From Candidatus Daviesbacteria bacterium (GTDB lineage Bacteria; Patescibacteriota; Microgenomatia; Daviesbacterales; UBA10151): DNA of 64,000 nucleotides. The translations under genes were made by a program, and so were the position numbers. This document shows positions 18,583 through 28,571 of this stretch, piece after piece. The DNA lies in NCBI GenBank assembly GCA_016186955.1, contig JACPKP010000003.1, positions 66,290 through 130,289 on the forward strand, written 5' to 3'. Positions within the stretch are counted from its first letter, which is position 1. Every line of letters starts with the position of its first letter. Under the pieces are notes generated by a model that saw only the letters and a program-made list of their open reading frames with translations, was not told the origin of the DNA and made no database searches.

Positions 18583-20700
18583 GTGGAATTAAAAAATAAG
18601 ATACCCGAGTACTCCAAAAAGGCTTTAACTTTAGTTGCAGCTGTCATCAGCGTTAGTGTTATTGCCTGGCTGAACTGGCAGATCATCTCCGGTTGGTTTG
18701 GCAAGAACGGTCCTGCAAATGTAGGTTCAATAGAGGTGTCCTATGTCTCAATGGGTAAGTTTATTTTGGATTTAGGGTTTGGGACTTGGGCGCCTTTTTG
18801 GTATTTTGGTTTTCCGTTCCATGTTTTCTACACCCCTCTTTTGCCTTTTCTTGAAGCTGTTGCCAACAAATTTTTTTCCATTCCGCTTTGGCAGTCATAC
18901 AGACTTCTCACGGGAATAGGATATATCCTGGCTCCTGTCAGTGTATTTTTCTTAGGCTGGCAGCTCTCAAAACGGGTGATAGGCGGGCTAATTAGCGGGT
19001 TGCTTTATTCTGTGGGTCCGACGGTTTTTTATTTCATAATTGCCGGTGTCGAGGTAGCCCGTGACAGGATGTCCTTGGATTTTTGGGATCCGAGGCGTTT
19101 TACTATCCTGGTGCGTTGGGGGGAAGGGCCTCATACCTTCTCTTTGGTATTCCTGCCTTTGGCAGGCGTATTTTTTGCGCGTTTCCTGGAGAAACCAAAA
19201 ACCTCAAATTTAATTTTAACTTGTGTCTTTGTCGGTTTGATTGCGTTGACCAACGCAATTGGACTATTTGCAACCATCCTACTGATGGCTGCAATGAGTT
19301 TTGCCAAGCTTTCTATTGACCGCAGCTGGAAAAGCATCGGTTTAATGGTACTTACGGGTATAACCTCCCTAGGTTTGGTATCTTTTTGGTATAACCTGAC
19401 ATTTATCTCAACTTTTTTGAGGGAAGGAGGAGACAGTGGGAGCATATTAACATCCCTTTTCCCCTGGGGGTGGATAGTAGGGGTAGTGGTAGCGCTATTC
19501 CTGTACTTTATATTAAACCGTTTCATCAGGAACTTTGGTTTGGCAACCGCACTGCTTTGGTCAGGGGTGCTTTTTTCAGTGGTTGCGGTCTATTACTTAT
19601 CAGCAGGGCAGGATGAATCTTACAGGCGACTTCAGTTGTTACCCCAGGCTCTGCGTTACAACACAGAAGTAGATTTAAGCCTTTCCCTGCTGGCAGGAGT
19701 TTTGATAGCCTATCTTTTGGGCCTTTTAACAAGAATATTGGCGGTATTTGGATTGGTTGCAGGAGTGCTGGGAATCTCGTCGATTATAGTTGCTATTTAT
19801 TATATACAGCCATTTCTGCCTGCAGCCCGGCAATCTTCATCAACAGTAGTTGATGTAAATTCTACAGCCGAGCATAGAGTTGCAGCCTGGATGGTAGGGA
19901 ATACGGATCAGATGAAAGGTGAAAGGGTACTGTTACCGGGGAATTACGGCTTCTATTTAAATTGGTTTAATTACGTTTGGCAGCTTAGGGGTGGACTTTT
20001 CCAGGCATCAACCCATAGATGGCCTGACCACATCTATTACCAGTTTGCAAACGGGAAAGATCCGGCTGTAATGGATGCCTGGCTTACAGTCTCAAATATA
20101 AAATATGTTTTAGTTACTACTCCGGGGACCAGCGAACTATACAAAGAGTTAAAAAATTTGGACCGTTTCAGCAGCATGCATGCTGTATACGAACAACAAG
20201 GGGATATAATTTATGAGGTTTCCCTGAAGCGTTCCTCTCCGGCAAAACCGGTCAGTGTCCAACCTATTAAAACATTGGAAGCTCCGGTAAAAGCGGATGA
20301 TAAGAAAAATCTGCTGGCCTATGCTGACTGGGTAGAAAATTCCAGCGCTAATGATTTAAGTTTTAAGCTGATAAGTTATGATAAGCTTGCTGTTACCGGC
20401 ACACTAGGTGAAAAAGAGGCGGTTTTAGTCCAAATTACTGCAGATCCAGGTTGGAGCGCTTATGATAAAATCAGCCGGCAGGGGATCAGAACCGGCAAAG
20501 ACCCGCTTGGGTTTTTAATGCTCTACCCAAAACCGGGTCCGGTTAATATCGCTTTGGAACACCATACCTCCTGGCAGGAATGGTTGGGATATCTAATCAG
20601 TATTTTGACAGTCTTCCTGCTATTTTGGTTTAATCTTTTTAAAAAAAGGTCTCCCGATGTTGTTGCACAAAATCCAACTGATGTGTACCAGATATCATAG
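18583..20700 (+). CDS. PTPS-related/YfhO-like GT-C membrane protein
   Basis: WAPFWYFGFPF..FYTPL; multi-TM; large extracytoplasmic domain with DPGWSA; final TM. Confidence 0.65.
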   Translation: MELKNKIPEYSKKALTLVAAVISVSVIAWLNWQIISGWFGKNGPANVGSIEVSYVSMGKFILDLGFGTWAPFWYFGFPFHVFYTPLLPFLEAVANKFFSIPLWQSYRLLTGIGYILAPVSVFFLGWQLSKRVIGGLISGLLYSVGPTVFYFIIAGVEVARDRMSLDFWDPRRFTILVRWGEGPHTFSLVFLPLAGVFFARFLEKPKTSNLILTCVFVGLIALTNAIGLFATILLMAAMSFAKLSIDRSWKSIGLMVLTGITSLGLVSFWYNLTFISTFLREGGDSGSILTSLFPWGWIVGVVVALFLYFILNRFIRNFGLATALLWSGVLFSVVAVYYLSAGQDESYRRLQLLPQALRYNTEVDLSLSLLAGVLIAYLLGLLTRILAVFGLVAGVLGISSIIVAIYYIQPFLPAARQSSSTVVDVNSTAEHRVAAWMVGNTDQMKGERVLLPGNYGFYLNWFNYVWQLRGGLFQASTHRWPDHIYYQFANGKDPAVMDAWLTVSNIKYVLVTTPGTSELYKELKNLDRFSSMHAVYEQQGDIIYEVSLKRSSPAKPVSVQPIKTLEAPVKADDKKNLLAYADWVENSSANDLSFKLISYDKLAVTGTLGEKEAVLVQITADPGWSAYDKISRQGIRTGKDPLGFLMLYPKPGPVNIALEHHTSWQEWLGYLISILTVFLLFWFNLFKKRSPDVVAQNPTDVYQIS

Positions 20701-21337
20701 TATTGATATAATCTCCTCCCGGTTGGTTACAAAGGGGTCTAAAGTTTTAGATTTGGGTTGTGCGGAGGGTTTGTTGGGATCCTCTTTTTGTAAAATTGGA
20801 TGCACTGTAATAGGAGTAGAGATTAGTCAAAAATCTGCTAGAAAGGCTAAAAATAAGATCAATAAAGTAATCACGGGGAATATTGAAGATGTTAAAGTTT
20901 TCAACAAAATTAAAAATCTTGGCCCTTATGATATAGTATTTGCTTCTTCAATCTTTGAACACTTAGTTAATCCTCAATATACAGCGATAAAATTATCAAA
21001 ATTACTTAAGAAAAATGGTTTTATGATTATCACTCTGCCTAATATTGGCCATTGGACTGCACGGTTATCCATCCTTTTGGGCAAATTTGATTACCAAGAT
21101 AGCGGAATATTCGACAGAACCCATCTGCATTTCTACACAATCAAGACAGCCAGAGAATTTTTTAAAGAAAGTAATTTGACGATTAAAGAATATGATTATG
21201 AATTGACAGAATTTCCCATACTTCATCGCCTTTTTAAATTATTACCCGGCGGCAGTTTACTGCAGTTTAAATTTTACAGATTTTTCCCAGCCTTTTTTGC
21301 TTATCAAATGATGTTTAAAGTAAATCCTACCAAATGA
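20681..21337 (+). CDS. Class I SAM methyltransferase
   Basis: VLDLGCAEG, IFEHL, GIFDRTHLHFYT; start uncertain. Confidence 0.85.
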   Translation: MCTRYHSIDIISSRLVTKGSKVLDLGCAEGLLGSSFCKIGCTVIGVEISQKSARKAKNKINKVITGNIEDVKVFNKIKNLGPYDIVFASSIFEHLVNPQYTAIKLSKLLKKNGFMIITLPNIGHWTARLSILLGKFDYQDSGIFDRTHLHFYTIKTAREFFKESNLTIKEYDYELTEFPILHRLFKLLPGGSLLQFKFYRFFPAFFAYQMMFKVNPTK

Positions 21338-22245
21338 AAAGAAGTGATTGCTACCCCACTGTTAGTATTGTCATACCTGTTTATAACTCTAATTATCTTC
21401 CGGCGCCCCTCTTGAAAAGCTTAAAACAGCTAGCCTATCCAAAAAATAAACTTGAAATAATTTTAGTAGAAATATTGTCTCATGTAAAAGATATCAGACT
21501 GAATGAAATTAAGATTAAAAATATTCTGATCAATCAAAAAACAGGATATAGTGAAGCTGCCAATAGAGGTATTGAAGAAAGCGCCGGGGATTTCATTCTA
21601 CTTCTGAATCCGGATGTTCAATTGGATACGTTAACGCTCAAGTATTTGATAGATTGCATCACAGGTGATAAGCGGATAGCAATTGTTGGGCCCAGGGCTT
21701 ACTCAATGCTGCAGCCTAACAATATCTCAGGGTTTGATCTGCCGGTTTCACAATTTAACCGGTCTTTGGGTGTGATCAAACCAATACCCTCAAAAAACTT
21801 AGGTCAACTTGGGACAAATATTGAAGTTGAGTGGATTTCAGGATCAGCAATGCTATTTAAGAGGTCATTATGGAAAAAGCTCAAAGGTTTTGATAAACAA
21901 TTTTTTTTATACTGGGAAGACGCGGATTTTTGCATCAGGGCTAAAAAAATGGGGCTAAAAATTATTTTAGTGCCCCAAGCTAAAATATGGCATCAAGGTT
22001 CTGCCAGTGTTGGAGCGGATAATCCTATCAAACATTATTATTTGAAAAGAAATTCAATGATTTTTCTAAAAAAACACGCAAATTTTAAAGGTTTACTGGT
22101 TGAAAACTTCAGGACTGCTGTTTTAGTATTGGCAAAGATATTTAGGTTTATAATGCAGAAACATAGACGGGAAGAAAGCTATATGTATTTGCTCGGTGTA
22201 CTGGATTTTTACAGGGGAAAAACTGCAAATCTTGACAAATTATGA
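21334..22245 (+). CDS. GT2 glycosyltransferase (WbbL-like)
   Basis: LLNPDV, GFDKQFFLYWEDADFC, IWH. Confidence 0.85.
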   Translation: MKRSDCYPTVSIVIPVYNSNYLPAPLLKSLKQLAYPKNKLEIILVEILSHVKDIRLNEIKIKNILINQKTGYSEAANRGIEESAGDFILLLNPDVQLDTLTLKYLIDCITGDKRIAIVGPRAYSMLQPNNISGFDLPVSQFNRSLGVIKPIPSKNLGQLGTNIEVEWISGSAMLFKRSLWKKLKGFDKQFFLYWEDADFCIRAKKMGLKIILVPQAKIWHQGSASVGADNPIKHYYLKRNSMIFLKKHANFKGLLVENFRTAVLVLAKIFRFIMQKHRREESYMYLLGVLDFYRGKTANLDKL

Positions 22246-23402
22246 AAGTTGCTGTTGTTAGGGGGCCCGGTTTGAGTAAATGGGAGATGCAGATTTATGA
22301 GCCACTGGCAAAATGGTTTGATCTTTTGGGAATTGGGTCTAAATTGCCAATAAATGATATAACGGGGATTAATTTTCCCATAACTCAACTTTATTGTCCC
22401 AGCCAATACCCGACAAGGATCCCAAAATTTATCAGGTTTATGATGGAGGCAACAGGAGATACCCAATGGCTCCTGGGTTTTGACCATGCAATATCCGGTT
22501 ATGATCTTCTCCATTGTGTAGAGACAAGAAATGGTTATACTCTGCAGGCCATTAGGGCAAAACAACGCGGTCTTGTTAAAGCAGTAACTTTAACAGTGTA
22601 TGAGAATATACCGTTTGTTTTTGATGAATACCCAAAGCGTAGGCAGATAAGACAGGAGGTTATCCAATATGCTGACCATTTTTTGGCAGCCAATGAAATG
22701 GCCAAACAGGCGCTTATAATAGAAGGTGCAGATGCAAAGAAAATATCAATTACCCCTCAAAGCGTAGATACTGGTATATTTAGGCCGGTAGTGAGATCTG
22801 ACAATCCAAGTCTTGCCAAATTGAGAAAAAAATATAAGTTTAGCAGGGATGATTTTATCGTGCTTTGTGTCGGACGGATGGTTTGGGAAAAGGGCTGGTA
22901 TGATATTATTCCCGCTGCCTTAATGATGAAAAAAATTTCAAAAAGGGTTAAATTTTTATTTGTCGGCGGTGGTTCTGAAACGCAGAAACTGAAAAATTTT
23001 ACAGTGTTGGCAGGTGCATCAGATGTAGTTGTATTTGCTGGACCTTTGCCTTATACAGAAGTGCCCATCCTGTTCCGTTTAGCAGATGTATTTCTCTATC
23101 CGTCTCTTCCAACCAAATATTGGAATGCCCAATTTGGCGGGGTTTTGATTGAGGCTATGGCAAGTGGAATCCCGCTTGTGGTGACAGATTGCGGAGGGGT
23201 ATTTGAAACCATTGGTAAGGATGGGGCAATTTTTACCAGGCCCCAGGATTTTTCAGCGCTCGTGGCGGCTTTAATAAAATTCATGAATTACCCTAGCTTT
23301 AGAAAGAAAGTAGGGGAGAGAAACAGGAATACGGCTTTAGCAAAATACGATGTGGATGTAGTTGCAAAAAAAATCAAAAATATTTGGGAAAGGATTTTAT
23401 AA
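22242..23402 (+). CDS. GT4 glycosyltransferase
   Basis: GRMVWEKG, QFGGVLIEAMASG. Confidence 0.85.
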   Translation: MKVAVVRGPGLSKWEMQIYEPLAKWFDLLGIGSKLPINDITGINFPITQLYCPSQYPTRIPKFIRFMMEATGDTQWLLGFDHAISGYDLLHCVETRNGYTLQAIRAKQRGLVKAVTLTVYENIPFVFDEYPKRRQIRQEVIQYADHFLAANEMAKQALIIEGADAKKISITPQSVDTGIFRPVVRSDNPSLAKLRKKYKFSRDDFIVLCVGRMVWEKGWYDIIPAALMMKKISKRVKFLFVGGGSETQKLKNFTVLAGASDVVVFAGPLPYTEVPILFRLADVFLYPSLPTKYWNAQFGGVLIEAMASGIPLVVTDCGGVFETIGKDGAIFTRPQDFSALVAALIKFMNYPSFRKKVGERNRNTALAKYDVDVVAKKIKNIWERIL

Positions 23403-23405
23403 ACG

Positions 23406-24878
23406 ATGCAGATACCGGAGCTAAATCAGGAGATTCCGGCAATCCAGAAAAAGGTTGTGAATGGGGTTTTTATTTTAGGTTTGAAACGTATTTTAACCCA
23501 GCTAATTTTAACTTCATCTAATATTATCCTTTCCAGAGTCCTTTTTCCGGCAGATTTTGGCAAATTTGCGGTTATCTCATTTGTACTTGCTATTTTTACC
23601 CTCACTTCTGATATTGGCTTGACTGCTGCACTAGTCCAACGCCGTAAGAAACCTTCAGAAGATGAGTTAAAAACCATTTTTACACTGCAAATAATTTTGG
23701 CAGTGACTTCTGTGGTCCTGATCTGGTTATCTACCCCTTTTCTGCTGATTTTTTACAAAAGCGGTTTTGATAGTACAAGTGCAGTGATGCTTAAAGTAGC
23801 TGCATTTTCAATATTATTTTTTAACCTTAAATTGATTCCAGCAGTTCTTCTAGAGAGGGAGATGAGGTTTGCCAGATCAGTTATTGCGGAAGTATTTGAA
23901 CTTTTAATAATGCAACTTACAACTGTAATTTTCGCATTGAAGGGTTTTGGATTTGAAAGTTTTGTTTTTGGGCTTTTAGTCAGCCGTCTGGCTGCTGTCC
24001 CAATATATTATATTCTGCATCCTTTTAAAATAGGTTTTAGGTTATCCTTAAATGAACTGAAAACTTATCTGCCGTTTGGTATGCATGTTCAGTTTAACTC
24101 TATAATCGGGACAATAGGTGGGATGAGTGTGCCTGTTGTTGTAGGGGGGATGTTAGGAGTGTCACAATTGGGTTTAGTTAACTGGGCTGGTGGTGTGGCT
24201 GTTTTACCCAGGGCAGTGGGTGATGTGGTTGGCAGGATAATATTCCCAATGTGTGCAAGGTTCCAAACAGACAGGAGGTTTTTAAAAAAGATTATAGAAA
24301 GGGCGCTGCAACTTAACAATCTGGCCTCTTTTCCGGTTATCATCATGATAATTGCACTGGCCCAACCGGTTACCCTGATTATTTTTACCGATAAATGGAT
24401 AGGAGGAATCAGTGTTTTATACCTTTTGACACTGCAATCAGCATTTATGGTGCCGGAAGTGATTTTCACAACCGCCCTTTTAGCGCTTGGGTATTCCAAA
24501 ACAGTCCGTAATATTAATCTAATGTTTACGGCTCTGATATGGTTTTTATCAATTCCTTTAGTTAAGATATTGGGTTTAAACGGTTTTGCATTGGCAAGCC
24601 TTTTTGCCTCTTTAATATTTTTGGTCTCCTTAAGGGAGTTGAGAAAACATGTTAAAATTGCCGTTGTCCGCTACACCTTGCCTTATATGTTTTATGCAGT
24701 TTCTGCCGGGATTTTAGTGTATGTTTATTCATTAGTCTTTCCGATCCGTTCCTTGTTGGAGCTTATTTTGTCAGTAGTGTTTGGTGGATTATCTTATGGA
24801 TTCTTATTACTTTTATTTGAAAGAAAAGAGCTCATAAAGGATATGGTGCAAGCCTATCAAATCTTACAAAAAAAATGA
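23406..24878 (+). CDS. wzx: Oligosaccharide flippase (Wzx/MOP family)
   Basis: ILSRVLFPADFG, DIGLTAALVQ, LEREMRF; many TM segments. Confidence 0.85.
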   Translation: MQIPELNQEIPAIQKKVVNGVFILGLKRILTQLILTSSNIILSRVLFPADFGKFAVISFVLAIFTLTSDIGLTAALVQRRKKPSEDELKTIFTLQIILAVTSVVLIWLSTPFLLIFYKSGFDSTSAVMLKVAAFSILFFNLKLIPAVLLEREMRFARSVIAEVFELLIMQLTTVIFALKGFGFESFVFGLLVSRLAAVPIYYILHPFKIGFRLSLNELKTYLPFGMHVQFNSIIGTIGGMSVPVVVGGMLGVSQLGLVNWAGGVAVLPRAVGDVVGRIIFPMCARFQTDRRFLKKIIERALQLNNLASFPVIIMIIALAQPVTLIIFTDKWIGGISVLYLLTLQSAFMVPEVIFTTALLALGYSKTVRNINLMFTALIWFLSIPLVKILGLNGFALASLFASLIFLVSLRELRKHVKIAVVRYTLPYMFYAVSAGILVYVYSLVFPIRSLLELILSVVFGGLSYGFLLLLFERKELIKDMVQAYQILQKK

Positions 24879-25630
24879 CTGCCATATCAATAGTAGTGAT
24901 TGCTAAAAATGAGGAAGAGATAATTGAGGGTTGTCTTCAGAGTGTATCGTGGGCGGATGAAATTATCGTGGTTATTGATGATAAAACAACCGATAATACT
25001 GCCAAAATTGCCAAAAAATATACTGATAAAGTTTTTAAGCGTAAATATGACCGGGCGCCCAACCAAAAACAATTTGCTTTGGATAGGGCTAAAAATGAAT
25101 GGGTTTTTGTATTGGATGCTGATGAAAGGGTTACCCCGAAATTAAGAAAAGAGATTATCAGGAATTTGAAAAGCAAAAAATATGTAGCTTATCATACCTA
25201 TTTCCAGACTGTTTTTTTAGGAAAAGTTTTCGATGCTTCGACAATCCGTTTTCAAGGCACGCAAAGGTTATTTAAAAGGAGTAAATGCAGGTTTATCCCA
25301 AACACTGCCCACGAAAAAATGGCTATTGATGGTCAGATTGGAGTGTTGAAAAATGAAGTATTGCACTTTACCAGCAGGTCAATTTCCCAAACCATTGCAA
25401 AAAATAACTTTTATACTTCTTTAGAGGCTAATGAATTAAACAAAGCAGGAATACGGACAAATTTATTGGTGGTATTTTTAGCGCCTCTGAATATTTTCCT
25501 CAGAATCTATTTCGGTGAAAAAAAATACCGTAATGGTGTGTACGGTTTTGTTTATACACTGCTTCAGGCAAACTACTGTTTTATAAAACATCTTAAGATG
25601 TGGGAGCTGCAGCTGGTTGAAAAGAAATAA
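24875..25630 (+). CDS. GT2 glycosyltransferase (KdtX/WaaE-like)
   Basis: IAKNEE..I..CLQSVSWADEI, WVFVLDADERV. Confidence 0.85.
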   Translation: MTAISIVVIAKNEEEIIEGCLQSVSWADEIIVVIDDKTTDNTAKIAKKYTDKVFKRKYDRAPNQKQFALDRAKNEWVFVLDADERVTPKLRKEIIRNLKSKKYVAYHTYFQTVFLGKVFDASTIRFQGTQRLFKRSKCRFIPNTAHEKMAIDGQIGVLKNEVLHFTSRSISQTIAKNNFYTSLEANELNKAGIRTNLLVVFLAPLNIFLRIYFGEKKYRNGVYGFVYTLLQANYCFIKHLKMWELQLVEKK

Positions 25631-25649
25631 ACCTTTGTTCTAAACTGAG

Positions 25650-28571
25650 ATGATGCGTATAAAAGTTACCGCTTTCCTGAAATTTTCAATCAGCCTAATC
25701 CTGACAGGGTTTGCAGCTATACTGATTTTTTTTATGATCCGTCCGTTTTCCGGCTGGTATTTAAATTCTACCCCCGCAGTAGGGGTCGATTTATATAACA
25801 GCGCCACCTATGTTGCGTTCCATCTGAAACATTTTTCCTTGCCCTTGAATGGCTTTAAGGATATCTGGTTTGGAGGTTATCCTCTCGCTTTGGATTTTCC
25901 TCAGCTCTCATTTTTTCTGATGCTTCCTTTCGGAGCTTATTTCGGTCCCCATTTTGGGGTGCAAATATTTTCTATGGTTGTTTTATTTTTATTGCTTTTT
26001 TTCTGCTATCTTTTATATTTTCATCTTGCGAAAAACTTTGGGCTCGCCCTGTTTTTGACAGCCGCTGTTTTTTTGTCTGTCAACCTCTATGGTGATTTAA
26101 CATGGGCCGGGTCCATCCCGTACTTTACTTCGCAGTTATTTTTTCCCCTGGGTCTTTTGGCAGCAGTTTGTTATTTTGAAAAACCTGAACGGAGAAGAAT
26201 GGCAACATTAATTTTAGTCACGGGTTTAGGTATCCTTATTCATCCTCTTGGGGTTTTGGCATACCTGATTCCATCGGCTCTGATAATTATATTTCTGAAA
26301 GGGTTAATGCAACCCCATCCAATCAGCAAAATTTTGACACACAGTTCATTGTATATAGTAGGATTTCTGCTGGCCTCATTTATCTTTACCAGCGGTTATG
26401 TTGTGCCGATTTTGGTATCAATGCAGATCCCCAATATTGTGTCGGTTCCCCAGACGCCTGCTACCGAAACAACAGTTTCACCGGAAGCCGCGGCAGGCGC
26501 AAAAGCGATCGCCGATTTTTATAAAGGGCAAATTACTTCTTTATATACCCAGACAAATATCTGGATTTTTATATTGGTTGCAACAGGTGCAATCTTCTTC
26601 ATCTTAACTCTGCCAATTAGGGGAGATAAAAAAAGGTTGGGGTTGGCTTTGCCGCTTATTTTAATCACTATTTATGCTGCCGCCCATCCTGCGGTCAATC
26701 TGGCCGGGATTGTCAGCATATTCCGCCACGACCCATACAGGGCTTTCTGGCAGTTTCCGGTTGCAGTCGGAGCGCTGGCAGCCTATTTTTGGGGTTACGG
26801 GTTATCAGCGGTAGGTTTGAAATTGGCGCAGTTGAAAGTTTTAGGCAAGGTTACAAACTACCTTTTAATTTTTAGCACAACCTTAATTTTTGGTGTCATT
26901 GCTTTCGCAGTCTATATGGGCGAGGTGGAAAAAATGATTGCGCAAATCAGCGCACATTCCGAAGTGTCTTCTGCTTTTCCGGAGGCGTTAAATGATAATC
27001 TGCGTAAGGAAAATCTGGAAAAAATTACAAAATCTATAATCCCTTCATTCATAGACCCTCATGATAAAAATAAGAGGATGTACAGCGCCGATGCTACAAT
27101 TAATATCTGGTGGAACTCTTTTTTTGATATGCCTCTTGTTAGGGGTTATCTCGATCCTCCGATCGGTACCGATAGGAGGGGAGGCTTTTTTTGGTTGGAT
27201 ATAGCAATTGCTAACGATTCCCTGACCCGGGATTTTAAAATACCGGAAGACATAGCCTTAAATAATGCTAAGTTCCTGATGGATTGGTATGCGGTAAACT
27301 ATTTTGAGGGAGGCCGCCCAAGCAGCCGGGGTCCCAACCCCGGCCCGTCAAAGTACTTGCTCGATAATGCCATGCTTGACAAAGTGGAAGAGGTTACGGC
27401 TTCAGGAGCGCTACTAAGATGGATGACCGCCTCAGGTAAACCGGAGTGGCATCCGGAACTTACCCAAACTCTTAAGTACTTTAAAGTTGCGGATGAATAT
27501 GCCTCTCCCATATTGTCTCTTTCCGATGCCCCCTCAGTATTAGTTTTTAGTGATTGGCCGGGATATGAAGATTTTATGCGGGTTTTAGGGGCTTTTAATA
27601 TCAACTCTAAAAACCTGGTTCCTGTATACGGCGGAAAATACATTGACGATTTTGATCTTAAATCCTTAAACCGGTTCGAAGCGGTTTTTTTACACAATTA
27701 TGATTACCGTAACCGGAAAGTTTTTGATAAGTTTACAGATTATGTTAACCGGGGAGGAAAAATTTTTGTTGACACAGGGGGTGAAGTAAAAGATTCAAAA
27801 TCCGATAAATTGCCTGAGATTTTTCCTATGAAAGACTCTGTGAGTGGGGAGATGGGAAAGGAATGGGAGTTGGGCTTGTTTGAAAGCCCGTTTATAAAAG
27901 AGGTGGAACTTGATTCTTTCGGCCCGTTAATTTTCAATCAAAATCCTTGGAAAATTACAACACCCAAAAATAAGGATTTAAAGGCAGGTTCAACAGTTAT
28001 ATTAACCCATAAAGATAAACCAATCCTTGTTGAGAGGAAGATTGGGCAAGGTGATGTAGTCTGGTCCGGTTTTAATGCCATCTACCATTACAATCAATAC
28101 AGGAGCAGGTCAGAAGGCAAGCTGCTGCTGAACATAGTAGAAGAGTTGACCAGATTCAAGGACGTCCCATCTGTCATCCATACTTCTGTATCCTGGGTCA
28201 AACCGGAGAAAGTTATTGCCAGCGTGGACCAGAAAGCTGGAGGGATATTATTTAAAGAGCAGGGATATGAGGGGTGGCAGGCAAAGATTATCTCATCCGG
28301 CAAAGCGCTGCCTATTTTTAAGGCAGGACCAACTTTTCCGGGCTTTATGTATGTTCCTTTAGATGGTGTAGATTTCGGATCAAAGGTAGAATTTAACTTT
28401 GTCGGCGACTACCATAATTTTATATGGGCAGCGATAAACCTTATAACAGTACTGATACTTTTGGAAATGATTTTTTTTAAAGGTAAGTTAGTGGGAGACT
28501 GGCTTGGGTTGAGAGCTGGGAAATTCAGGAGCAAAGTATTTTCCTGGTGGGAAAAAGAGGAAGAAGTATGA
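25650..28571 (+). CDS. Large PTPS-related GT-C protein with extracytoplasmic GATase-like domain
   Basis: GVDLY, WFGGYP; DYVNRGGKIFVDTGGE; C-terminal TM then WWEKEEEV. Confidence 0.6.
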   Translation: MMRIKVTAFLKFSISLILTGFAAILIFFMIRPFSGWYLNSTPAVGVDLYNSATYVAFHLKHFSLPLNGFKDIWFGGYPLALDFPQLSFFLMLPFGAYFGPHFGVQIFSMVVLFLLLFFCYLLYFHLAKNFGLALFLTAAVFLSVNLYGDLTWAGSIPYFTSQLFFPLGLLAAVCYFEKPERRRMATLILVTGLGILIHPLGVLAYLIPSALIIIFLKGLMQPHPISKILTHSSLYIVGFLLASFIFTSGYVVPILVSMQIPNIVSVPQTPATETTVSPEAAAGAKAIADFYKGQITSLYTQTNIWIFILVATGAIFFILTLPIRGDKKRLGLALPLILITIYAAAHPAVNLAGIVSIFRHDPYRAFWQFPVAVGALAAYFWGYGLSAVGLKLAQLKVLGKVTNYLLIFSTTLIFGVIAFAVYMGEVEKMIAQISAHSEVSSAFPEALNDNLRKENLEKITKSIIPSFIDPHDKNKRMYSADATINIWWNSFFDMPLVRGYLDPPIGTDRRGGFFWLDIAIANDSLTRDFKIPEDIALNNAKFLMDWYAVNYFEGGRPSSRGPNPGPSKYLLDNAMLDKVEEVTASGALLRWMTASGKPEWHPELTQTLKYFKVADEYASPILSLSDAPSVLVFSDWPGYEDFMRVLGAFNINSKNLVPVYGGKYIDDFDLKSLNRFEAVFLHNYDYRNRKVFDKFTDYVNRGGKIFVDTGGEVKDSKSDKLPEIFPMKDSVSGEMGKEWELGLFESPFIKEVELDSFGPLIFNQNPWKITTPKNKDLKAGSTVILTHKDKPILVERKIGQGDVVWSGFNAIYHYNQYRSRSEGKLLLNIVEELTRFKDVPSVIHTSVSWVKPEKVIASVDQKAGGILFKEQGYEGWQAKIISSGKALPIFKAGPTFPGFMYVPLDGVDFGSKVEFNFVGDYHNFIWAAINLITVLILLEMIFFKGKLVGDWLGLRAGKFRSKVFSWWEKEEEV

